This document shows, one piece after another, positions 12,408 to 25,279 of a stretch of DNA of 64,000 nt. The first letter of the stretch is position 1. Each line of letters begins with the position of its first letter. Location of the stretch: contig NC_135901.1 in NCBI RefSeq assembly GCF_964194155.1, forward strand, positions 22,010,001 through 22,074,000, in the 5' to 3' direction. This DNA is from Cetorhinus maximus (lineage: Eukaryota). A model generated the notes under the pieces. That model saw nothing but the letters and a program-made list of their open reading frames with translations. It made no database searches and had not been told where the DNA came from. A program made the position numbers and the translations under genes.

Positions 12408-13234
12408 CAGGTGTGTTCATGTGAAGATACGAGGAGGATATGAGGAATTTCTCCTCTCAGAGCGTCGTTAGTTTTGGAATTCTCATCCACAGAGAGCAGT
12501 GGGGGTTGGGTCATTGAATAGATTCAAGGCTGAGTTAAAGAGATTTTTGATCTTCAAGGGAGTCAAGGATTATGTAGGTAGGTGGGAAAGTGGAATTAAG
12601 GCCACAATCAGATCAGATCTTATTGAATGATAGGGCAGGCTCAGTGGGCTTAATGATCTCCTCCTGTTCAGGTTTTTTATGTTCTTTTGTTCCCCGTACC
12701 CGAAAAAAGGGAACTGCGAACAACATCAGTGAACATGGGCAAGCGGGGTGTTCAGCAGTTTAGTGGGAAAAGGATTGAGTGAAGAGGTGGGTCTCATGGA
12801 CAAGATGAGCTCTGAGAGGGCATGAGGGTAGATAGGGAAAAGGTAGAGAAAGATGCGGGTTTAGGGCTTGGAGTGGGGCAACTTTAGAAGCAGTTCGTCC
12901 CGGTGGGCCAGTGGAGGGGAGGGAAGCAGCAGAGGCAGCTGATGGGATTGTCTCAATCTTAGTGACAAAGAAGTTCAATGAATTCTCACCCTTGCTGGGG
13001 GTGAGGATGGAGGAGACAGGGGAGAGGGAGAGCGCTTCAAAAGAAACTAACTTGTGTTAGTGATATTAAAAGACTTAACACATTTTGGGTTTAACATAAA
13101 GCTAATGTATTTGACTTTATCGAGAATATTATCACATCAAGCTGGGCTGGAGTTTATTAACATCAGCAGACACGATGCCCAACGAACATGGTTCAATCCT
13201 GGATGTGATTGACAACAAAATCCAATCACTGTTG

Positions 13235-15052
13235 TTACTTGTCAACTTGCTGGTGTCTCAGCAGTGTGGATGAGTGAGTGAATCCCTTCCCACACATAGA
13301 GCAGGTGAATAGTCTCTTCCCAGTGTGAATACGTTGGTGTGCCATCAGGTAGGTTAATTGAATGAATCCTTTCCCACAGTCGGAGCAGGTGAATGGCCTC
13401 TCTCCAGTATGAATGCGCTGGTGTACGGTGAGTTGAGATGATCGCCTGAACCCCATCCAACAGTGAGAGCATCTGAACGGTCTCTAGTCAGTATGAAAAA
13501 TTTGATGGGACATCAGTTCTCAAGAACTTTTATAGCACTTCCTGCTGTCCAGGCATTTAAAAGGTCTCTCGTTCGTGCAAACTTGCTGGTGTCTGAACAG
13601 GTTGAATGAGTGAGTAAATCTCTTACCACACTTGGAGCAGATGAACGGCCTCTCACCAGTGTGAATTCGCTGATGTGTCAACAAGTGAGATAAACAAGTG
13701 AATCCCTTCCTGCAGTGGGAGCAGGTGAATGTCCACTTCCCAGTGTGAGCTCGCTGGTGGGTTAGCAAGTTGGATGAGGTAGTGAATCCCTTCCCACACT
13801 CGAAGCAGGTGAACGGCCTCTCCCCAGTATGAGTGCACTGGTGTACAGTGAGGTCAGATGAGTCCCTGAACCCAGTCCCACAGTGAGAGCACCTGAACGG
13901 TCTCTCGTCAGTGTGAACACGTTGATGGGGCATCAATTCCCCAGAACTTTTATAGCACTTCCCAAAGTCTGAGCATTTAAAAGGTCTCTCATTAGTGTGA
14001 ACTCGCTGGGGTGTCAGCAGGTTGGATGACTGAGTGAATCCCTTCCCACACCTGGAGCAGGTGAACAGTCTCTCCCCAGTGTGAGTGCGCTGATGTACAG
14101 TGAGTTGAGATGATCACCTGAAACCAGTCGCGCAGTGAGAGCAACTGAATGATCTCTCATCAGTGTGATCATGTTGATGATGCATCAGTTCCTGGAAACT
14201 TTTATAGCACTTCCCACAGTCTGGGCAATTAAAAGGTTCCTTCTCAGTGTGAACTCGCTGGTGTCTTAACAGATTGTATGAGTTAGCAAATCTCTTTCCA
14301 CACTTGGAGCAGTTGAACAGCCTCTCTCCAGTGTGAACCTGCTGGCGTGTCATCAGGTGGAATGAACAAGTGAATCTCCTCCCACAGTCAGAGCAGGTGA
14401 ATGGCCTCTCCCCAGTGTGAATGTGCTGGTGTTTAGTGAGGTTAGATGATCGCTTGAATCCAGTCCCGCATTAAGAGCAGCTAAATGATCTCTCGTCAGC
14501 GTGAACATGTTGATGGGACATCAGTTCCTGGGAACTTTTATAGCACTTTGCACAGTCTGGGGATTTAAAAAGTCTCTCGTTAGTGTGAACTCACCAGTGT
14601 CTCAGCAGGTTGTATGAGTTTGCAAATCCCTTCCCACACTTAGAGCAGATGAATAGCCTCTCCCCAGTGTGAATGTACTGGTGTGTCAGCAGGTGGGATG
14701 AGGTAGTGAATCCTTTCCCACACATGGGGCAGGTGAATGGCCTCTCCCCAGTGTGACTGCCCAGATGAATATCCACCTTGAATGGGCAATTGAATCCTTC
14801 CTCACAGTCCCAACATTTCCATGGATTCTCCCCGGTGTTACTGCACTTGTGTTTCAACAGGCCAGATGATTGCCTGAAGCCTTGTTCACACACAGAACAC
14901 CTGTAAGGTTTCTCTCCACTGTTAATGGTACTTTTTCCTTCTATGATTAACATCGAATAATATACAAGTTATGATAAAGATAGCAACTCTGTCAGATATT
15001 GATGTGATGTTGGGTTTGAGTTTCTGACTGCAAATCCTCCCCTTCTAATACC
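13235..15052 (-). pseudogene. ~20-finger C2H2 ZNF pseudogene (one frame, at least 5 in-frame stops)
   Basis: ORFs 14591-14953, 14114-14353, 13520-13936 and 13235-13456 are all in the same frame; acceptor tttcacag at ~15053; conserved 3'UTR at 13140-13235. Confidence 0.92.
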
Positions 15053-16099
15053 CTGTGAAATTGATTTAATGTAGAAAAAAGGAAGTGAGAGAATACCGAC
15101 CAAAACACAAAGGCAGGTTGTGAAGTTAAGCTGAATGGATCTGGTAATTTGTGGGGCCGGCACCAGGAATAAGTGATGATGAATGCTGCTGGGTTGTTAT
15201 AAAAACCCAACTGGATCACTAATGTCCTTCAGGGAAGAGAACCTGTCACCCGGTCTGGGCCTGCACAAGACTCTGGCCTCTATGGGAGGAGGGAGAGAGA
15301 GATGGGAGAGGCAGGGGCTGAAGGAGGGGGATTTTATATATCTACAATCAAGCAGAACTTTGACAGAATCTCCAAAGCCCTCAATCTCTACATCTAGAAG
15401 GACCAGGATCGCAAGTGTGAGTGAAGACCATCACCTCCAAGTTCCCCTCCAAGTCACACACTTAAATAAAAGCAAAATGCTGCGCATGCTGGAGATCTGA
15501 AATAAAAACAGAAGGTGCTGGAAATACTCAACAGGACTGGTAGTATTTGTGGAGAAAGAAATAGAGTTAACATTTGGGGGGGCTGTAGAATGAATTATGG
15601 GCAATAAAAATAACACAAAATGTGCATGTCAGTATAAGCTCAGAAGTGGAAGAGAAATGGATTATAGTGCAGGAAAAAACAATTCCTGACAATGAAAGGT
15701 ACTGTGGGGAGATAAGACTGCTAAGTCAGCAGCACATGGCCGGGAGATGGGCAGTGGTGGGAATCTCATTCAGACATGGTCAGCAGAAGTAACAGTAAAA
15801 TACTAATCACAGCTAAAATACGCCTATTATTAGAAACAGGGTGTTAGACAATGACAGAGAGGTGATCAGGGAGGGCAGAGATGAAACAGAGCAATGGATG
15901 GATATGGAATCAGATCCACTTAAAGGAGCCACACCAGCCGCAAAGACATGGAAATGTTCACAGATAACAGAGCATAGCACTAAAAGCCTTAAATTGTAGA
16001 TGACTAGTCAAAAAATTCTCTGAAACAATAACTGAAATAATTTCAGTTTTCAATATTACCGCCTGCTGGAGCCTGAAGCTGGAAAGGTATCATAAGCAC

Positions 16100-16390
16100 T
16101 GGAGTCAGAAAAATCTCACAGTTGAGGAAATACCCGGGAACTCCACTGCAAACCTTCCAGCCTGAAAAACGTCCAACGACTGTTTCCTGTCGCTCAGCCA
16201 ATTCTGTAGCCATGTTGCTAATGCCCCTTTTATTCCATGAGCTATAACTTTGTTCACAAGTCTGTTGTGTGCCACTTCATCAAATGTCTTTTGAAAATCC
16301 ATGTTATCATCGCCTTCATCAACCCTCTCTATTGCCTCTTCTAAAAACTCCAGCAAGTTAGTTAAACATGATTTTTCATTAACAAATCCA
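16100..16390 (-). mobile_element. CR1 RT fragment
   Basis: 'LEFLEE..MDFQKTFDEVAHNRL..WLQNWLSDRKQ'. Confidence 0.85.
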
Positions 16391-16729
16391 TCAGTGTCAG
16401 TCCAGGATAGAAATTCACACCATTCTCTCCTCCTGCTCCAGGATCAGTAAAGTGAGTTAAAGATAATTTCTCATTAACAAATCCATTGCTGCATTTCCTT
16501 CCTTAACCCACATTTGTCCACTCGGGCCTGGCACCGGGAGAAAGCCCGCAGCTGCCGTTCCGTTCGTTGCAAAGGCGGGCCCGGTACTTTTTTATTGAGG
16601 GTGTTGAGTCCTCCACTGGGTGTTTGTGAAGCCTCCCCTCCCACCCACTGCCCCTAACGCTGCCTCCGCTTATCCGCCTCCTTCCCGCCTGAAGATGAGA
16701 CAAACAAGCGTCTGTCCAAAAACATCATC

Positions 16730-16990
16730 CGCACTGCGCATGCTCCAGATCACAATGCCCGGCTGATTGACGGCAGCTCAGGACCAATAGAGAAAGGGAT
16801 AAGACTGGAGGACCAAGTGGGAGCGGCTGGTCCTCCAACCAATCGGAGTGAGTGAAGGGCAGGGCTGAGCCCGGATCTCCCTCATTGGCTGAAACTCTGC
16901 ATCATTTTGAAAGCTGATTTGTCTCAAACTCCAGGAGAAAACTGGACCTTTCTGTTTGTGGCTTTAAACAGATGAAACCCTGTGGGTGTG
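16730..16990. promoter_or_regulatory. ZNF promoter module copy C, upstream of the 13235-15052 gene
   Basis: tgcgcatgc, tgattgacggcagc, CCAAT x2, dyad 16806-16837; CpG-rich 16520-16760. Confidence 0.72.
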
Positions 16991-18762
16991 GAGCAAACAT
17001 TTCAACATTTATTACTGAAATGGATTCATTCAAGACAGACAGCAGGAATTATTTCAGGAAATCACACACTGTAGTGATTGTTTCTCTTTGAACTCATCCC
17101 TTGGGGAATAATGTGAATTTGTTGAAGAATTCACAGACTGCTTAACTCCGTGCCTGGAACCATTTAATTCCAGCTGATCTATTGGTCCGGCTTCAACCGG
17201 GAGAAATTGATGAGCTCACAACTCACACACTGGGAATGGACAGCCAGACCCGCCGGACACACCTATCCTGCCTGATATCAACCCAGAATGAGCTGGAGAG
17301 CCGTCTCCACTCACCAGTGCGGTTTCTGACTCAGAGGCAGGATTGCGAAGCTATTATTTACTAGTAACCCTAAAAGTTACAACTGCCACCAAACTGATAG
17401 ACTTTTCCTTTGTATTTCGACTTCATTGTCCAAACAAAGTCTTGATTTTATCTTTTCAGCTTAGTGGTGGCACTTACGACATCTAACAGCCTGCTTCCTT
17501 GTGAGAGGGCAGAACTAGTTACTACAGAAACCACATCCTTATCTACCAAACCTCTCCTCACCCTCACAGAATCAAACCATTTCCATTTTTCTCCAATGTT
17601 TTCCATTATCCTTGAATGAATTGTCTCAGTTTATTATTGATTCTGCATTATGATTCTAATCCAGCTGCTCCAATTCCACTTCAGTTTACGTTGTGATTGA
17701 TTGGGAACTATCACATCTGCTTCTGTTTCTGCTTTAACTTCATGTTCAGACTGGTTTTGCTCAAGTGAACTTTCTGTGGTCAGAATTCAGTTCAGTGACC
17801 CCTGTCCTGCTGCATGTATTTTCTTGGGGTAACTGGATTTCTGTCCCTGGTGTCCGTGTTAGACTTTGAGTCATTGTTTAATACACAACCTGTGCAGTGA
17901 AATCAGAAACAACTTGTTCACGTAACGGCACTGTGGGTGTACTTGCACCACATGGACTGCAGCAGTTCAGGAAGGCAAGTCATCTCAAGGGAAATTAGGG
18001 ATTCGTAATTAATGCTGGCCTAGCCTGCGACACCCAAATCGCATGAAATAATAAAAAAATACCTGGACCAATCTCTCCAAAAGGCTGTAGTTGCTGGGGG
18101 TCAATTGAAATTTTCAAGATGGGAATCAATGGATTCTTAAATAAAGATATCAAAGGAAATGGATCAAAGTTGCGAAAATTGAGTTGAGGTGCAGGTCAAC
18201 CATGATCTCATTGAATGGTGGAGCAGGCTTGAGGGGCTGAATGGCCTCATCTTGTTCCTATGTCCTGGCTGAAGCCCCTCCAGCAATGATTACCCCAGAA
18301 ATGGGGAATTTGTGATGTCTGTGTCAGGTGCAGCATAATCAGTGTATGACCCTGATCTGCCCTCACTCATCCTGCTCTAAGGAGCAGCACTCTCCTCTCA
18401 TAAGGGGTTTAAAGGAGGATCCGTCCCATCTGACAGAGGCAATACTACAGACCTATCGTGTCTGTGCCACCTATTTCCCACAGTAATCCAAACACAAAGT
18501 CCAGATACAAACATTACTTTTATTTTCCAATTGTTTTACAGGGATTCACCACATCCATGGTAGTTTACATTACTGGAAGTAATCCTTTTAGAAAATAAAC
18601 CTTCACTCTACTTTATTAGGCATGCATCCAGAATATTAAACTCCATCCCACATACAGAGGTTAGGAATATCAGCAGAAATGAACTCCAACTTTCAGAATG
18701 AACATGGTTCAGTCCTGAACGTGATTAACAGCAGCAATAACAGCAGAATCCAAACCCCAGAG

Positions 18763-19548
18763 TCACATGTGAACTAGCTGATGTTTCAGCAGGGTGGCTG
18801 AATGATTAAATCCCTTCTCACATGGAGCAGGTGAATGGCTTCTCCCGGTGTGAGCTCGCTGATGCACCATCAAGCGGGAGGAATGAGTGAAACCCTTCCC
18901 ACACTCGGTACATTTAAATGGTTTCTCTTCCCTGTGAACCGACTGCTGTTCCATCAGGTTAGTGGACTGATTGAATCCCTTCCCACACTCGGAGCAGGTG
19001 AATGGCTTCTCCCCAGTGTGGGTGCGTTTGTGTGTCTGTAGGTGGAACGAGTCCCTAAACCTCTTTCCACAGCAAGAGCACTGAAACGGTCTCTCGTCAA
19101 TGTGAATTATCTCGTGTTTCTGCAGGCTAGGTGAAGTTTGAATCGCTATCCACATACAGAGCAGGTGAATAGCTTCTCTCCAGTGTGAACTCACTGATGT
19201 GTCAGCAGGCTGAATGACCAAGTGAATCCCTTTCCACACACGGAGCAGGTGAATGGTCCCAGTGTGACTGCGTCGATGAGTTTCCAGCTGCAATGGAGAA
19301 TCAAATCCCTTCCCACAATCCACACATTCATGTTTCTGCATGAAGTGACTGAGTTTGTGCTTTGAAAAAGCAAATGATTGACTGAAGCCTCGTCCACACA
19401 GTGAGCATGTGTGTGATCTCTCCACATTGCGATTGGTGTTTTCTTCTTCCATATTTAAAGGCCGATGTTATTCAGATCCTGATGAATCAGATCTTGGGGT
19501 GATGTTTGGTTTGAGTTTCCCATCTGCAAACCTACCCTTTCTAATCCC
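18763..19548 (-). pseudogene. C2H2 ZNF pseudogene (~8 fingers, frameshifts)
   Basis: Finger repeats switch between ORFs 18763-19452 and 19191-19427; conserved acceptor at 19549 and conserved 3'UTR. Confidence 0.88.
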
Positions 19549-20149
19549 CTGTGAAAAGAGTTTACAAAAGTCATCACTGTAAGAACATGATAGAAATTTA
19601 GGAAAACATTCTAGTTTCTATGGAACATTTTGCTCTTTCTTTCTTCTCTTTCGGGTAATAAAGTTATTTAAGACCTCCAGGGGCCATTTTGCGAGTTGCT
19701 CCAGGCCCAGGTAAGGGTCCCATGCTCAGGGTTATGAACCGTGGCCACTGGAGGACCCAGTGAACTTTCAGTGGTGATGGTGAAAGAACTAGAACCTCGA
19801 GGGATAATAACTGCTTACAGGAGGAGGGAGGATCCTTCAAGAAGGGAACTTGTGTTTCCTCTGAACACATATGAGGAAGGCAATGGGAAGCCACCTCATG
19901 GATTCTTGTCCCTAGTCCCTAGCTGATTGAAGTTGAAAATGCGAGGGTCTTATGAGCAGTGCAAGACTGTGAGGCATGGAGAAATGAGCAGAGAACCTGC
20001 CCATGTGCAGATCACCACAGCTCTCTTTTCCCTTCTCCAAAACTATAAATCCCCATTCCATACACCCTCTCTCTTCCCTGTGCTCAAATCCAAACTCATT
20101 ACACCATCTCCAACATATTTCCTTCCAGACAATTTTTCTCCCTCGCCTC

Positions 20150-20330
20150 AAAGTATGGACACTGACTGGGTTCAGTTTTACACTCACTGGTTCCTCTCTC
20201 TCTCTCTCCCCCTTGAAGGTGCTGACTCTGACTGGGTTCAGTACTACACTCACTGGTTCCTTCTCTGTCCTCTCCTGAAGATACTGACTCTGTCTGGGTT
20301 CAGTTCTGCGATGACTGGATTCTCTTCCAG
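20150..20330. repeat. ~63-bp tandem repeat (3 units), same family as 9635-9930
   Basis: gaaggtgctgactctgactgggttcagtactacactcactggttcc units. Confidence 0.85.
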
Positions 20331-21729
20331 AAGGGATAAGGCCAGTGACAGTCTGAGAATTGATGGTGACATGTTCAGCACTGGGGTCACTGTCCGGAGA
20401 TATTAGGAGGATGAGCCTAGGGGGTGTTTTTGTTCTTTGAAGAAAGGGTTAATCTTACTAGCAACAGCTTTCATAACTGGGTTGAAATAACCTGATGATG
20501 GATGCTGATCTACTAACACTAATGATTTGTCTTTACATCATTACTCATTTAACTTCTAACCTCTGTTAAAGAGGGAAGTGTGGCGTCAAAATTATAATAT
20601 TGTAATATCTACAAGTAATTCTAATTGTCAAGCTCCACAGTCAGACAAAGGTGGTGATCCTGAATGTTTGAACACAGACGGACCCTCACAGCTCCAGCAA
20701 CTTCTAACATGACATTACAACCTGGTCAATTGGAAAATTAATTGGAAACTTTTCAGTGACAGATTATGACATAATTATAAAGAGAGGATACTTGTGCAAA
20801 CACTATATTTCCAGTTAGAATTTACAACAAGGGTAGTGAATGTCTTTGACTCTATAACAGACTCAGGATTAAATGTTTCACTTGTAGAATAGCAATTAAA
20901 TGACAATAGAGGAACATGCAATAGGGTAATGAAATAGGAAGTTATACTGATTCCATTAGTCCAAGGATTGTAACAATGTATTTCTGAAGAACTCAGTTTA
21001 ATTAATTGAGTTATTCTAAAGTTAGAGAGTCTCAGTAGTCTCTCCCTTGTGGGCGAGTTGTTAACTTTTGATATCACAATATAGTGTGAAAAAAAACTGA
21101 AGATCACACATTGAGGTAGGAGAAGGGTATGTGAACTGCACCAAGAGTTTGGGTTTGAAGGATTTGATCGACCTTTACACTGAGCTGGGAACTGTATTGT
21201 AGTCAAGTCCCCAGCTACCATTGCCCAGTGTGTGGGTTTAAATAATATATACACTGAATAAATCCATGATATCTGACCCTAATAGTTCTAGAACCTTCCT
21301 GAATCAGGAGTAGATGGAACATTGAATCATCAATAAATCAATATATCCTCTAACAATCTCCAACTTAGTTCATCTGCTGTGACTGCTCTCACATCATTGG
21401 AGATTTGTATGTCTTTTATTTCTCTACTTTCTCTTGATTGTCTCCTTTATTATTATCACTTTTCTCATTGACCCACCTTGTGATCACCACTCAACTTTAT
21501 AAATCATTTATTTCCTTTTTTTTCTGTATGTTCATTCTCTCTCTCTTTGTCCCATTACTCTGTTCCTCCCTGTAAGCTGTCCATCTGCAAAGTCTCCCAC
21601 AACTAACCAAGGGCTTCCTGTGACCAATTCTCTTTCCTGTACAGACATGCTCCATCCACTCACCAGTTCTTGTTCAGTCACAGACACTACCTGAAAAGTC
21701 ACAATTACCATCCCTTTGTCAGCATTCCT

Positions 21730-22250
21730 TAAACAGTCTTCATTTCTCAATTTACAGATATTCCCTGACCAGTTTCAATTTACAGATATTCCCTGCCCAG
21801 TCTCAATTCCCCTCCTTTTACAGATGATCCCTGACCAGTCTCCATTTCTCCTCCATTTACACACACTCCCTGACCAGCCTCCATTTCTCCTCCATTTACA
21901 GATGCTCCCTGACCAGCCTCCATTTCTCTTCCATTTACACATGCTCCCTGACCAACCTCCATTTCTCCTCCATTTACAGATACTCCCTGACCAGTCTTCA
22001 TTTCTCCTCCATTTACAGACATTCCCTGACCATTTCTGCTCCATCTGCAGATGTTCCCTGACCAGTCTCCATTTCTCCTCCATTTACAGAAACTCCCTGA
22101 CCAGTCTCCATTTCTCCTTCATTTACAGACACTCCCTGACCAGACTTCATTTCTCCTCCATTTATGGACACTCCCTGACCAGTCTCCATTTCTCCTTCAT
22201 TTACAGACACTCCCAGACCAGTCTCCATTTCTCCTACTTTTATGGACATT
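21730..22250. repeat. 39-bp minisatellite (~13 units)
   Basis: cctgaccagtctccatttctcctccatttacagatgctc; gives spurious 13-aa repeat ORFs (LPDQPPFLLHLQM). Confidence 0.95.
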
Positions 22251-22329
22251 CGTTAAAAACTCAAAATTCTCCTAGGTGTTTGTGAATGGTAATTGTTTAA
22301 AAAGAGTAGAAGATCAGAACAGTAAAGAG

Positions 22330-23072
22330 GTGGAAGATTCAAGTTAGCACCTTGTCTTAATAATCAGTGGATTTGAAAGTCCAATGTCAGCAACTTCAGT
22401 ACTTTATTAATACAAGCTGAGCAGATTCTCTGTCCTCTGCCATATCTTATATTGATCCATCAATCGGAGTAAACATCCAAGTCCCATGTGTCCATAGTCA
22501 CTTACACGAGGTCAGCCTGCTGGATGGAGCCTCGGGCACCCTGAGCTTGATCTCTGGTGTCTCCAGTTCTGACTGCTCCCTTACATCAGAACCCCTTCAG
22601 TTTTATACCCTGCAGTGATCCAGTTCTGGCCCCTGACTCTTCTTTGTCTTCTCTGCTGGGTTTTGGTAGAAAGTGAGGAAATAACAGCTGGAATTTCTCT
22701 AATCTGTGATTTACAAGGATACATTCCCTGGATCCCAGCAGTTACTTTTCATCAGTAATTTTCTCATTCTCCCTAAACTCCCCTGCCAACTCTTAATTCT
22801 GTTATTTCTTATAGTTTTACAATTACAGGTATAAACATCACACATTATAATGTAACCTATTCTATTCTTCACTTTGATTTAAGTTTCTATTCTGGTTAAT
22901 AACCGACAAACTCTGTCCTTTTCCCTAATCTGATTAGGGTTTCCAATGAGCTGATTCTGTGGAATGGAATGTCTTATCAATGTTGCCATGGTGACCTGTC
23001 TGCAGTGAAGAACCTGTTGGAGTTTCTAACTCAGACTAAACTTCTCTATCCCATAATACACATTGTATTACA
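22330..23072 (-). mobile_element. Possible LTR (ERV/Gypsy-like) remnant
   Basis: Minus-strand AATAAA (~22405) and TATAAAA (~22605); ends in ..tattaca; no TSD identified. Confidence 0.4.
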
Positions 23073-23729
23073 GCCCTTACCTCAGTATATCATAGCCATG
23101 TTACAAGGGGTTTAGATACAGAAATCTTTAAAGCTGGTGGATGTTTCCACGCTGTTTGAAAACATTACCCTACATTTTATAAAATAATCTTCTCAATCAT
23201 TGACCAGGCTGCAGTTAGAAAATTGAGTCAAGTTTTGGAGATCTGACACCAGGAAGGATGTCAAGGCCATTGAACGGGTGCAGCAGAGATTCATTGCCAC
23301 AAAAAGAGATTATTCGGCCCTTGGTGGCTCTGCCAGCTCTTTGGTCGACAAATCTAATTAGTCCCACTCCCCTGCTGTTTCCCCATGGCCCTGTCAATGT
23401 TTTCCTTCAAGCATTTCTCCAATTATCTTTTGAAAGTTACTATTGAATCTGCTCCCATCAAACTTTCAGGCAGTGTATTCCAGATTAGAAAAAGTCATTA
23501 TGAAATGAAATGTTTCCTCATGGTGACCTCTCTGCTGTGAAGCTCCTGTTTGAGTTTCTAACTTAGTTCTAACTTCTCCTTACCATGAGCAGGAACTAGA
23601 GAAACTGGGAATCTTTTCATCAGAATGAAGCAGGGTGAGAGGAGACGTGAGCAAATTGTTCAAAGCTTGATCAAAGACATGATCCAAAATGTTACAGACA
23701 CACCTTGACTTTCAGGATCCCTTTGACAT

Positions 23730-24230
23730 CTGTCATTGGGAAATGCTAGAATCCATTATTGAGGAGGTAGTATCAGGGCACTTAGAAAATCCGAATACAA
23801 TCAGGCAGAGTCAACATCGTTATATAAAAGCGAAGTCATGTTTGACAAATTTATTAGTGTTCTTTCAGGATGTAACATATAGGGTGGATAAAATGGTACC
23901 AATAGATGTAGCGCATTTGAATTTCCAAACAACATTTGATAAGGTGCGACTTAGAAGGCTGCTTGCTGCACAAGACAAGAGCTCATGGTTTTGGGAGTGA
24001 TATATTAGCATGGTTAGAGCATTAGTTAACTAACAGGGAGCAGATAAATGGACCATTTTCAGTTTGGCAAACTGTAACTAGTGGACTGCCACAGGATTCA
24101 CTGCTGGAGTCTCAACTATTTACAATTTATATCAATGACTGGGATGAAGGGACTGACTGTATTGTAGTCACATTTGCTAATGGTACAAAGATAAGCAGGA
24201 AAGTAAGTTGTGAGGATGATACAAAGTGTA
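23730..24230 (+). mobile_element. CR1 RT fragment
   Basis: 'MLESII..IRQSQH..KSCLTNLLVFF..LNFQTTFDKV'. Confidence 0.85.
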
Positions 24231-24544
24231 TTTTGTAGTGCTCCCTCCCCACTCTCTGTACTATTATTTTACAGAAGCTGGACAGATTCCCCGCCTGCTA
24301 TGAGGCATTTTAAAATCAGATTCATTTATCCCGGTTTTCTTTGGGTCTTTTTCTCTTCACTCCAGGGTCTGTGATGGTCCCCGTGTGTTCAGCTCTCAGC
24401 TGCAGACAGCACCTGGTTCAGTTTTGCCCAGCACATCTATATCTGTGATGTCGCATTCATCTCACATTTATAAAGCTACTTCGCAGTGAGAAACAGCCCA
24501 AGGGACTTCACAGAGTGATGACCCTGAACCACAGAAGGAGATAT

Positions 24545-24780
24545 GAGGATGTTAAACCAAGGACCCCGTCTGCCCTCTCAGGCAGATGTGAAAGATCCCA
24601 CAGTCAGTATTTCGAAGGAGAGCAGGGAAGTTCTCCCCGGTGTGGCCAATGTTCCACCCTCAACCAATCTCACTAAAAACAGCTAACCTCTCTGGTCATG
24701 ATCACATCGCTGTTTGTGGAGGCTTATGGAGCACAGAAATGTCCTGAGGCTGTGAAAAGAGCGACATAAATGCAAATTCT
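24545..24780 (+). mobile_element. Deu-domain SINE fragment (SacSINE1-like)
   Basis: gatgttaaaccaaggaccccgtctgccctctcagg..aaagatccca..ttcgaaggagagcaggg, the Deu core. Confidence 0.75.
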
Positions 24781-24897
24781 GTCAACTCTAGCCCAGTTAC
24801 TGTGGTTATCAGCAATAATATCAACATTCCCCAATATCATAATTAACAAGGTTCACTCCTGAATCTGATTAACAGCAGCAGAATCAGAGTAGTGCAG

Positions 24898-25145
24898 TCA
24901 CATGTGAACTCACTGGTGTTTCACCAGATTGGATGATCAATTAAATCTCTTCCCATACTCAGGACAGGTGAAGGGTCTCTCCCCGGTGTGAATTTGCTGC
25001 TGTTTCACCAGGTTGGATGATTGATTCAATCCCTTCCAACACACGGAGCAGGTGAAGGGTCTCTGCCCAGTGTGAACTCCCTGGGGACCCACAAGGGGGA
25101 AGATCGAGTGAATCCTTATCCACACACAGAGCAGGTGAACAGTCT
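24898..25145 (-). pseudogene. C2H2 ZNF remnant (~3 fingers), paralog of the 3' end of 29115-29988
   Basis: '[37 protein letters not shown]'; flanks 24240-24900 match 27490-27670 plus 28650-29120. Confidence 0.85.
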
Positions 25146-25279
25146 CCAGCTCAGGGTGTAGTGGGGCTTGATATTGCAGCGTACTATCCCCAGTGAGTCT
25201 GTGACAGTGTCACTGTCCCTTAAATGACAAGTAAACAGAAGGGTCAAGTCCCTTTAAATATGCAGATCACCTGGCAGGC

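Noticed and set aside
21716-22285. 189-aa repetitive ORF and antisense ORFs; CRISPR-like periodicity
   Set aside because: A pure 39-bp tandem repeat without unique spacers; the ORFs arise because the unit length is a multiple of three; eukaryotic context.
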